Below, piece by piece: positions 56,681 to 64,000 of a stretch of 64,000 bases of DNA. The stretch is taken from the NCBI GenBank assembly GCA_045612965.1, contig JAZLAC010000026.1:4845-68844 (forward strand), in the 5' to 3' direction. The notes beneath the pieces were generated by a model. It saw nothing but the letters and a program-made list of their open reading frames with translations, did no database searches and was not told the origin of the DNA. The stretch comes from Bacteroidaceae bacterium. GTDB lineage: Bacteria; Bacteroidota; Bacteroidia; Bacteroidales; Bacteroidaceae. The position numbers and the translations under genes are program-made. Within the stretch, counting starts at the first letter, position 1. Each line of letters starts with the position of its first letter.

Positions 56681-58063
56681 CTATTCCTTCCCCCAGCCCT
56701 TTTCGTCAAACCAGCGGGATTGGCTCAGGGGCAGTATCTGTCCGAAACGTGCCCAGTCGGCATTGTTGCGGAACTGCTCCAGTTTTGAGTCTGGGACGTA
56801 CAGTTTGCACTCGGAGAACTGGATAGGCGCATCCTTTATGCTCTTTGGCATCTTGAAGTAGTCAAGGCTGAGAAGGTATATGGTATTGATGTTCCTGCAA
56901 TGCGACAGGTGCAGGAAGAAATGCGTCTTTACGTTGTTGGGTATGGATACTTCGCGTATGTTGTTGGAATTCAGGAAGACGTTCTCATCTATTTGGGACA
57001 GTGTTGTACCAAGAAGTACCGTTTCCAATTGGGGGCAGTTGGCAAATGCTTCCTGACGTAGCCAGTTGAGATTGCGTGTTATTATTGCTGTGCGAAGCGA
57101 TGCGCAACCTTTGAAACTTTCCTTTCCGACAACCTTGCATTTTATGTTCACAGTTTCCAGTTGCTGATAAGAGCAAAAGGCATTGTCTCCGATGGTAGAA
57201 ACGACACCGGCCGAGCGTATTGTCTTGGCATCCTGTGCGGCAAATTCATATTCATTTCCTGCGAACTCCGATTGCGGAAGTGTCAGGGTTCTTGTGTCCT
57301 TGTTGTAGAATCTCCTGTACTTTTCCTGCACCTGCTCTTGCCTGTATGTCTCAACTGTGTCATACTTTCTTCCTGGATTGTCTATTTGGGATAACGTAAA
57401 AAGTATGAAAATACCTATATAAGGACCTATTATGCATGCCACCAAACTTATAAGGAAAACGCTTAGCCTATTAGTGGCTTTGGGACCGTCCTGGGTGGTG
57501 GATGTGTCCCCATAGGGCATGGTTGGGCGGTACTCGACTGTTGTCTCTTCTATTGCTGGAATGTAGAAGTGCAAGTCCGATGTCTCAACGTAGAATCCTG
57601 CTTCGCTACTATCTATGCTATCGGTAGAGTCGGAATGGCGGAAGGTCCTGGAATATATGTCTGTTTCGGATGTCTCTGAATAGTAGTCGATATAGTCGAA
57701 ATCTGATTTCGTGAAGGTTGGGGGGATAGAGATAACGCTATCTGCATCACTATCTGCATCATCGGTATGATGCAATGCTGATTGCCCTGCATCATTTGCC
57801 TGCTCTGCTTGTTCTGCCTCCTCAACTTCATTTTGGGTGTTAAAGACCAATGCCTCGTATACCTCAGCCGTATTATCCGTTTGAGGTTCTGGAGTCAGAG
57901 GAAGCGGGGAAGTTTTGCTATCGTGCAGATACTCCCTTTCTTTCGATCTGTTGTTTTCGGCAATCATTGCCTTGAGGTTCTCCCACAACCCAGGTTCCTT
58001 GCCTTTGGGCCTGGAATTGTTTTCCTGCTTGTTGTAATTGCCCTCCGAACGTTTGTCAAACAT
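56681..58063 (-). CDS. single-pass membrane protein: acidic disordered N-terminal region plus BspA-type leucine-rich repeats
   Basis: 460-aa ORF. About 210 aa are Asp/Ser/Glu/Tyr-rich, then a TM segment (LSVFLISLVACIIGPYIGIFILF), then LRR units IGDNAFCSYQQLETVNI, VGKESFKGCASLRTAII, LRQEAFANCPQLETVLL and IDENVFLNSNNIREVSI. Confidence 0.65.
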   Translation of the reverse strand: MFDKRSEGNYNKQENNSRPKGKEPGLWENLKAMIAENNRSKEREYLHDSKTSPLPLTPEPQTDNTAEVYEALVFNTQNEVEEAEQAEQANDAGQSALHHTDDADSDADSVISIPPTFTKSDFDYIDYYSETSETDIYSRTFRHSDSTDSIDSSEAGFYVETSDLHFYIPAIEETTVEYRPTMPYGDTSTTQDGPKATNRLSVFLISLVACIIGPYIGIFILFTLSQIDNPGRKYDTVETYRQEQVQEKYRRFYNKDTRTLTLPQSEFAGNEYEFAAQDAKTIRSAGVVSTIGDNAFCSYQQLETVNIKCKVVGKESFKGCASLRTAIITRNLNWLRQEAFANCPQLETVLLGTTLSQIDENVFLNSNNIREVSIPNNVKTHFFLHLSHCRNINTIYLLSLDYFKMPKSIKDAPIQFSECKLYVPDSKLEQFRNNADWARFGQILPLSQSRWFDEKGWGKE

Positions 58064-58069
58064 CTTGCC

Positions 58070-60751
58070 TTAACTTTTTCGTGATTGAATCAGGCGGACG
58101 ATTTCACCGAATAGCAGTACCGGCATGGTCATTGCCGAGATGGCAAGCCATTCGTCCAGGCTGAGGGGAACCACGTTGAACATCTTGCCACCAAAGTTAA
58201 CGATAAGGTACTGACCAACTATGATGAGCACTATCACCCACAGGAAACTCTTGCTCTGCCACAATCCCACAAAGGCCGAACGGCCTGTCATGAAGGCCTT
58301 GGCATTGAACATGTTCCATACCTGAAGCATGACAAAGAAGGTGAAGAACCAACTGAGGGCATGTGGCGACATGTATCCGTTGTCCTGAAGTATCAGGAGG
58401 GCGGCAATGAGCACTACGGTAAAGAAGAGGCCTGTGCCGAAGATGTTGCCAGCCATGGACTTGCTGATGATGAAGTCGCCATGTTCTCCGCTACGGCGGG
58501 GACGGTCGTTCATCACGCTCCAACTGGGAGGCAGGGACGCCAGTGCTCCGGCGGCAAAGGTGTCCATGATGAGGTTCACCCACAACATCTGCGTGATGGT
58601 TAGCGGAGAGCCCGTACCGATAAGCGAACCTATGAGTACTATGGCGCAGGCAACGACATTGATGGTAAGCTGGAAGAGCAGGAAGCGCTGAATGTTGCGA
58701 TACAACGAGCGTCCCCACATGACGGCTTGCACTATGCTGGAGAAGGAGTTGTCCAGGATGGTTATGTCGCTGGCCTCCTTGGCCACGGATGTGCCGTCGC
58801 CCATGGAGAGTCCCACCTGTGCGGCTTTCAGCGCAGGTGCATCGTTGGTACCGTCGCCAGTTACCGCCACCACGGCATCCTGGCTTTGAAGCAATTGTAC
58901 CAAGCGTTGCTTGTCGGTGGGGCGTGCACGGCACATTATCTTCAGGCTCTGCACGCGTTTTGCGGCTTCCTCGTCGTCGAGGGCTTCAAAAGCAGGTCCA
59001 GTAATGATGTTGGCATCGGTGTCCTGTTCCGTCCATATGCCTATCTGTCTGGCTATCTCACGTGCGGTGGCCGGAGTGTCGCCTGTAACTATCTTGATGT
59101 CAATACCGGCCTTACGGCACGCATCCACGGCACGCGGCACATCCTCTCGGACGGGGTCGGATATGGCAACAACGCCCAGATAGGTGAGGTCCTTGACCAA
59201 GAGCCTTCCGTCCTCGTATGGTGCCTCGGCCTCCTTGTCGGTGAGTATCTTGTAGGCAAAGCCCAGTGTGCGCATTGCCTGGTTCTGGTACGAGAGCAGA
59301 AGTGCCTCTATGCCGGCATGCATGTCGGAGGCTGGTGTGATGCCGTTCTCCGTGGCCACATCCTTGCAATGGCCAAGAACTATTTCCGGTGCTCCCTTCA
59401 TGTATAGCACCTTGCTTCCCAGAAGGGGAGAATGCACCACGGTGGCCATGTACTTGCGCTCGGTGGAGAAGGTCAGCTGGCTCAGCACCTTTGTGCTCGA
59501 ACGCAATTTCTCATAGTCATGCCCCTGTGCATCCAGCCAAAGCAGCATGGCGGCCTCGGTGGGATTGCCCAGGGTCTTCACGGTGCCGTCCTGACGGTTC
59601 AGGTTGGCCGTGGAGTTTATCGCTATGCCCTCGGATATGAGCATGCTTGCCTTGTCCTCGGCCAGATGCTGGTTCTTCAATGGGAAGAACGAGGTGCAGT
59701 TCACACGCATCTGGTTCTGTGTCAGTGTGCCCGTCTTGTCGGTGCATATTACCGTGGTTGCACCCATCGTTTCACAGGCATGCATCTTGCGCACAAGGTT
59801 GTGGGCCTTGAGCATACGGCTCATGCTCAGTGCCAGGCTCAGGGTAACGCTCATGGGCAGGCCTTCGGGTACGGACACCACCACCAGGGTGACGGCTATC
59901 ATGAAGTTGTTCAGGATGTGCTCTATGTAGTAGAAGTTCCCTGCCTCTCCGCCCTGGAGGAACACCTTGGCCGTGAGCACCAGAAAGGTCAGTGTGGCTA
60001 CGGTATATCCAATCTTGCTTATCAGGTCGGCAAGGCGTTTCAACTGGAGCTGCAGGGGCGTGTCTATGTTGTTGTCCATCTGTGCGCCCTGGTTCACCTT
60101 GCCGTATTCGGTGGCATCGCCTACGGCATGTACCAGCATCACGCCATGTCCGTCCACCACCGTGGTTCCGCGCATCACGTTATTTGAGGGATATGTGGCA
60201 TCGGTGTCGAAATCCTCTTCCTTGGTGGTTTTTGAAATGTTCGGCTCGCCGGTCAGTGTGGATTCGTTCACCTGGAGCGAAACGGCCTCAAGCAAGGTTC
60301 CGTCGGCAGGAATCTCGTCTCCAGTGCCCAGCATCACTATGTCGCCCACCACGATGTCTGCCCTGGTGGTCTCCGTGACATGACCGTTGCGGATTACCGT
60401 CACGGGGATGTCGTCGTTTACCTGATTAAGCACCTCGAATGCCTTTGCCGCCTTTACTTCAAAGAAGAAACCTATGGTGCTTGCCAGCATTATGGCAAAG
60501 AAAATGCCAACGGGTTCTATGAATGCCTCCCAGCCCTTTTGGTCAGGTCCCCAGCAATGTATTGCCGATATGATCATGGCCAGCACCCATGCAAAGAGCA
60601 GGATGCGTATGATGGGATCTTCGAACTTCTCCAGGAATTGGATCCATAGCGAAGTCTTCTTGGGTGGAGTGAGAATGTTTGCTCCGAATTTGCGCCTATT
60701 TTCCTCTACCTCGTGCGAAGTCAATCCTTGATGTCGGGTATCTTGTATCAT
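58070..60751 (-). CDS. calcium-translocating P-type ATPase (PMCA/SERCA-like, P2 type)
   Basis: 893-aa ORF. Motifs LTGEP, phosphorylation site CTDKTGTLTQN, hinge TGDGTNDAPALK, and PEGLP in M4. Confidence 0.9.
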   Translation of the reverse strand: MIQDTRHQGLTSHEVEENRRKFGANILTPPKKTSLWIQFLEKFEDPIIRILLFAWVLAMIISAIHCWGPDQKGWEAFIEPVGIFFAIMLASTIGFFFEVKAAKAFEVLNQVNDDIPVTVIRNGHVTETTRADIVVGDIVMLGTGDEIPADGTLLEAVSLQVNESTLTGEPNISKTTKEEDFDTDATYPSNNVMRGTTVVDGHGVMLVHAVGDATEYGKVNQGAQMDNNIDTPLQLQLKRLADLISKIGYTVATLTFLVLTAKVFLQGGEAGNFYYIEHILNNFMIAVTLVVVSVPEGLPMSVTLSLALSMSRMLKAHNLVRKMHACETMGATTVICTDKTGTLTQNQMRVNCTSFFPLKNQHLAEDKASMLISEGIAINSTANLNRQDGTVKTLGNPTEAAMLLWLDAQGHDYEKLRSSTKVLSQLTFSTERKYMATVVHSPLLGSKVLYMKGAPEIVLGHCKDVATENGITPASDMHAGIEALLLSYQNQAMRTLGFAYKILTDKEAEAPYEDGRLLVKDLTYLGVVAISDPVREDVPRAVDACRKAGIDIKIVTGDTPATAREIARQIGIWTEQDTDANIITGPAFEALDDEEAAKRVQSLKIMCRARPTDKQRLVQLLQSQDAVVAVTGDGTNDAPALKAAQVGLSMGDGTSVAKEASDITILDNSFSSIVQAVMWGRSLYRNIQRFLLFQLTINVVACAIVLIGSLIGTGSPLTITQMLWVNLIMDTFAAGALASLPPSWSVMNDRPRRSGEHGDFIISKSMAGNIFGTGLFFTVVLIAALLILQDNGYMSPHALSWFFTFFVMLQVWNMFNAKAFMTGRSAFVGLWQSKSFLWVIVLIIVGQYLIVNFGGKMFNVVPLSLDEWLAISAMTMPVLLFGEIVRLIQSRKS

Positions 60752-60785
60752 TATACCTATTTAATATATATATTACATTCGTCCG

Positions 60786-60793
60786 CAAAGTTA
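60786..60793 (-). promoter_or_regulatory. -7 promoter box (TAACTTTG) for the ATPase unit
   Basis: Plus caaagtta, reverse complement TAACTTTG, 35 nt upstream of the ATG at 60751. Confidence 0.5.
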
Positions 60794-60855
60794 CACAATT
60801 TATTTGACAAAAAACAGACTTGCCCAAACAAAATAAAGTGCCCGTCCAATAATAC

Positions 60856-60970
60856 CCGGACACATCTCGGGAAAACCCGAGCCGGTCGTCCCGAGGACCG
60901 ACCTTTGACCTCGAGACGACCGCGCCTTGTCCTCGGGAGGCCAGACCCTCGTTCTCCCGAGGGCAAGAGC
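60856..60970 (+). repeat. GC-rich multi-hairpin intergenic element, copy B
   Basis: There are three consecutive hairpins built on CTCGGG/CCCGAG cores. H1 is 60866..60881 (6 bp, loop AAAA). H2 is 60885..60920 (12 bp with one mismatch). H3 is 60926..60967 (14 bp including one G-T, 14-nt loop). It is homologous to copy A in inverted orientation. Confidence 0.75.
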
Positions 60971-61249
60971 GGTATTCTCTGTAGTGCAGAAGTATTAGTT
61001 TTAATAAACGTACTTAAATATCTGCTTAGTAAGCAATTACAGCACACACTATCCTACCCTGCATAGCATCAACACGAATTGCCTTGCAATGATTTCACTT
61101 CTGTTGCACGCCAGAACCAAGGACATAAATGCTCATGGCGAAAAAGTATTACAATACCCTCGGAAACTTGCTTGTATACTTAATGGTCTTGCACTCGTTA
61201 GCGAAAAAAGATATATATGCAAGAGAGAGGTTTTTCACAAAAAATAACG

Positions 61250-61257
61250 TATCTTTG
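61250..61257 (+). promoter_or_regulatory. -7 promoter box (TATCTTTG) for the Ca2+/Na+ antiporter gene
   Basis: tatctttg on the plus strand, 64 nt upstream of the ATG at 61321. Confidence 0.5.
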
Positions 61258-61278
61258 CCAACCGTTTGAACAACGCTA

Positions 61279-61309
61279 ACACACACACGAGAACATATAT
61301 ATATATATA
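61279..61309 (+). repeat. dinucleotide microsatellites (AC)5 and (AT)8 in the antiporter leader
   Basis: acacacacac at 61279..61288 and atatatatatatatat at 61294..61309, between the -7 box and the start codon. Confidence 0.85.
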
Positions 61310-61320
61310 AAATAAGTATT

Positions 61321-62274
61321 ATGACGATGATTCTTGATGCCCTATTGCTTATAGTCGGAATGGCAATAGTTATGTGGGGCGCCGACAAGTTTACCGAGGG
61401 CGCCTCGAGCGTTGCCCGCAGATGGAAGGTAAGCGAGATGGTAATCGGCCTTACCATAGTGTCCATGGGCACAAGTATGCCCGAGTTTGTGGTAAGTTTC
61501 TTCAGCGCCCTTAACGGCAAGGCAGACATGAGTGTGGGCAATGTTGTCGGAAGCAACATATTCAACACCCTGATCATTGTCGGCATGAGTGCACTGATGA
61601 TCTCCATGTCGCTCACCAAGAAACTACTCACAAGGGATATTCTTTTTGTGATACTTTCCTCCCTGATCCTCGCATCCCTGTCTTACGACGGGAACATCAC
61701 CAGGGCCGACGGATTCATCTTGCTCCTGTGCTTTGGCATGTATATGATTTACTCCTTCTATGTGGCTAAGAACGAGCCTTCCGAGACAGAAGCAGGAGGA
61801 AACGTTTACGGATGGAGCAAGACCCTGCTATACGTAGTGCTTGGACTTGGATGCTTGATAGGCGGAGGCCAGTTGCTCGTGGACAGCGCAACCAAGCTGG
61901 CTATTGCATGCGGCATGAGCGAAAGGGTTGTTGGACTTACCATCCTGGCCGCGGGAACAAGTTTGCCGGAATTGGCCACCAGCATCGTTGCCGCACGAAA
62001 GGGAAGCAAGGGCATTGCTTTGGGCAATGCAATAGGCAGCAACCTCTTCAACATCCTGTTCATTTTGGGCACCAGCTCCTTCATCTGCCCATTGAGCATA
62101 AATGGCATAGGATTGCTTGACTGGGTAGTGCTGATAGGAAGCGCCATCGTGCTGTTCATCTTCGGAGGCACCGAACACAAAATCACCAAGGCAGAAGGCA
62201 CGGTGATGATACTGTTCTATCTCCTGTACATGACAGCCCTGGTCATGGGATGGCAAATCACCTGGCCCTTCTAA
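61321..62274 (+). CDS. Ca2+/Na+ antiporter (YrbG / CaCA family)
   Basis: 317-aa polytopic ORF with the two alpha-repeat signatures GNVVGSNIFN and GNAIGSNLFN. Confidence 0.85.
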   Translation: MTMILDALLLIVGMAIVMWGADKFTEGASSVARRWKVSEMVIGLTIVSMGTSMPEFVVSFFSALNGKADMSVGNVVGSNIFNTLIIVGMSALMISMSLTKKLLTRDILFVILSSLILASLSYDGNITRADGFILLLCFGMYMIYSFYVAKNEPSETEAGGNVYGWSKTLLYVVLGLGCLIGGGQLLVDSATKLAIACGMSERVVGLTILAAGTSLPELATSIVAARKGSKGIALGNAIGSNLFNILFILGTSSFICPLSINGIGLLDWVVLIGSAIVLFIFGGTEHKITKAEGTVMILFYLLYMTALVMGWQITWPF

Positions 62275-62668
62275 CCATTTTCAGTGTGGGCGCAATCTTG
62301 ACCAGTTTGCGCCCAACTGCCCTTTTCACCACTACAGAACCTTTGAGTTCCAGCGTATAGGCGCTATCCGACGTCTGCACCAGTTCCGCCTCCTGAGTCT
62401 CGCTTCCCAAATCGTTGGAAAGGCGAATTATTGCCCTTGTGTCTTCTATGCGGAACGATGTAACTGACCACACTCCATATATGTCGCCACCAAGATAACC
62501 GTTCATGGGACCGAACATTTCCATACCGGGAACCTCCACACTCTCTTCGTACAAATCAATGTCCAGTGTGATCTTTTCTTTCGGATCCACCAAACCCATT
62601 TTCCATGGACGGCCGGCATAAAGCGCAGATGAAATTGTCAGCAGAAAAAGAACAAAACGGCTCTTCAT
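62258..62668 (-). CDS. small hypothetical secreted protein
   Basis: The track ORF starts at a TTG (62674). The ATG at 62668 gives MKSRFVLFLLTISSALYA, a signal peptide. The 3' end overlaps the convergent antiporter gene by 17 nt. I recognise no motif. Confidence 0.5.
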   Translation of the reverse strand: MKSRFVLFLLTISSALYAGRPWKMGLVDPKEKITLDIDLYEESVEVPGMEMFGPMNGYLGGDIYGVWSVTSFRIEDTRAIIRLSNDLGSETQEAELVQTSDSAYTLELKGSVVVKRAVGRKLVKIAPTLKMVRRAR

Positions 62669-62696
62669 AGGCAATTTTATATAGATGGCACAGACG

Positions 62697-62704
62697 CAAA
62701 GTTA
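62697..62704 (-). promoter_or_regulatory. -7 promoter box (TAACTTTG) for the small secreted-protein gene
   Basis: Plus caaagtta, reverse complement TAACTTTG, 29 nt upstream of the ATG at 62668. Confidence 0.45.
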
Positions 62705-62767
62705 AACAAAAAAACGAAATTAGTGATATTTTGACAACTTTATTGACGTTTTTTAAATAAATAATTG

Positions 62768-62775
62768 TACCTTTG
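62768..62775 (+). promoter_or_regulatory. -7 promoter box (TACCTTTG) for glycogen synthase
   Basis: tacctttg on the plus strand, 40 nt upstream of the ATG at 62815. Confidence 0.55.
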
Positions 62776-62814
62776 CACGCAAAATAACGCATTTTTAAGA
62801 ACTAAACTATCATA

Positions 62815-64000
62815 ATGGCAAACAAAACGCTCTCTCCCGACTTCATTTTCGAGTCAAGTTGGGAAGTCTGCAACAAGGTTGGAGGCATATACACCGTCCT
62901 TTCAACCCGCGCCAAGACCCTTCAGGATGCCATGACCGACAAGGTCGTTTTTGTTGGTCCTGATTTTTGGCAAGGAAAAGAGAATCCCCTGTTTATTGAA
63001 GACAAGAAGATGTGGAAGTCTTGGACAACCAAGGCCCGCAAGGAAGGTTTGGAAGTACGTGTAGGCCGTTGGAACATCCCCGGCCAGCCATGTGTAGTTC
63101 TGGTTGCCTTCCAGAAATACTTCCCCATGCGCGACCAGTTGTACGGCAACCTCTGGGAATATGCCAAGGTTGATAGCATGAACGGCTATGGCGACTACGA
63201 CGAGGCAAACATGTTCTCGTACGCCGCAGGTCTTGTTGTAGAGAGTTTCTATCGTCATTCTCTTGCAAAGACCTGCAAGAACGTAGTTTATCAGGCTCAC
63301 GAATGGATGACCTGCCTTGGTGCAATGTACATCCAGGAGAATGTACCCGAGATAGCAACCATCTTCACTACCCACGCTACAACTATCGGCCGTAGCATTG
63401 CCGGCAACAACAAACCCCTTTACGACTATCTGTGGGCATATAACGGCATCCAGATGTCAAAAGAACTGAACGTTGAGGCCAAGCACAGCCTGGAGCGTGA
63501 GACAGCGCATCGTGTTGACTGCTTCACCACCGTTAGTGAGGTGACTGGTAGTGAGTGTGAGGAATTGATGGACAAGAAGTGCCACACCATCCTCCCCAAC
63601 GGTTTCGAGGCGGATTTCGTCCCCAAGGCTGCTGAGTTCAAGCGCAAGCGCAAGATTGCTCGCGAGAAGCTCCTGCAGGTTGCAAATTGTCTTACAGGTT
63701 GCGAATTCCCCGAGGATACTCTTATCGTTGGTACCAGCGGTCGTTATGAGTTCCGCAACAAGGGTATTGATGTCTTCATTGAGGCAATGAACCGTCTTGG
63801 TCGCGACAAGGAGTTGAATAAGCCAGTACTTGCCATGGTCGAGGTGCCTGCATGGGTGGGCGAGCCTCGCGAGGATTTGGTAGAGCGTATCAAGAGTGGA
63901 GAGAAATTCACTACTCCCCTCGAGTGTCCCGTTATCACACACTGGTTGCACGACATGACACATGACAACGTGACCGGCATGATGAAATATAACGACATGT
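62815..64000 (+). CDS. glycogen synthase, GT3 (eukaryote-like) family, N-terminal ~395 aa (runs off the right edge)
   Basis: ATG at 62815, with the frame open to the end of the window. It is absent from the ORF track because there is no in-window stop. MANKTLSPDFIFESSWEVCNKVGGIYTVLSTRAKT carries the GT3 signature E-V-x-N-K-VGGIYTV. Confidence 0.8.
   Translation, partial: MANKTLSPDFIFESSWEVCNKVGGIYTVLSTRAKTLQDAMTDKVVFVGPDFWQGKENPLFIEDKKMWKSWTTKARKEGLEVRVGRWNIPGQPCVVLVAFQKYFPMRDQLYGNLWEYAKVDSMNGYGDYDEANMFSYAAGLVVESFYRHSLAKTCKNVVYQAHEWMTCLGAMYIQENVPEIATIFTTHATTIGRSIAGNNKPLYDYLWAYNGIQMSKELNVEAKHSLERETAHRVDCFTTVSEVTGSECEELMDKKCHTILPNGFEADFVPKAAEFKRKRKIAREKLLQVANCLTGCEFPEDTLIVGTSGRYEFRNKGIDVFIEAMNRLGRDKELNKPVLAMVEVPAWVGEPREDLVERIKSGEKFTTPLECPVITHWLHDMTHDNVTGMMKYNDM

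Noticed and set aside
38483-60970. The idea that the two inverted repeat copies are the termini of a 22-kb mobile element.
   Set aside because: The interval contains core housekeeping genes (tamB, nqrABCDEF, dcp, Ca2+ ATPase) and no integrase, transposase or conjugation gene. I saw no target-site duplication. Only repeat-mediated inversion remains as a possibility, and it is noted in the findings.

Overview
This is a dense, mostly minus-strand chromosomal segment from a Bacteroidales bacterium, probably Prevotellaceae. Supporting signs are TAnnTTTG -7 promoter boxes ahead of most transcription units, a T9SS C-terminal sorting domain, the moxR-bat aerotolerance cluster, Na+-NQR, and eukaryote-like glycogen enzymes. 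I call 49 protein-coding genes. Two are truncated by the window edges, two are below the 60-aa cut-off of the ORF track, and several are re-started at the first ATG because the track extends to upstream TTG/GTG codons. I found no rRNA, tRNA, CRISPR array, integrase or transposase. Gene content is core-genome: prmA, a lolE-like permease, an aminotransferase, GH13 branching enzyme, a MORN-array protein, ileS-lspA, a 9-gene moxR-DUF58-batABCDE-PAP2 unit, ftsY-rimO-HU-HU/LysM, GH29 fucosidase plus a T9SS surface protein, pyrBI-PBP1A, glyA, tamB, nqrABCDEF, a Y-family polymerase cassette, Dcp peptidase, a Ca2+ P-type ATPase divergent from a Ca2+/Na+ antiporter, and GT3 glycogen synthase. Nothing resembles a classical defence island or mobile element. 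The observations most worth follow-up are: (i) a GC-rich multi-hairpin intergenic element present twice in opposite orientation (38483-38588 and 60856-60970, 52/67 nt identical without gaps); (ii) NqrC with an N-terminal rubrerythrin-type Cys4 (rubredoxin-like) domain on the predicted cytoplasmic side; (iii) a 182-nt spacer with three ~22-nt-phased CGTGAAGC repeats inside the nqr operon; (iv) a membrane-anchored HU-TM-LysM fusion; (v) a Y-family polymerase / mini-YolD / metallophosphoesterase cassette preceded by palindromes. All functional calls come from motif recognition by eye. No database search, folding or alignment software was run.
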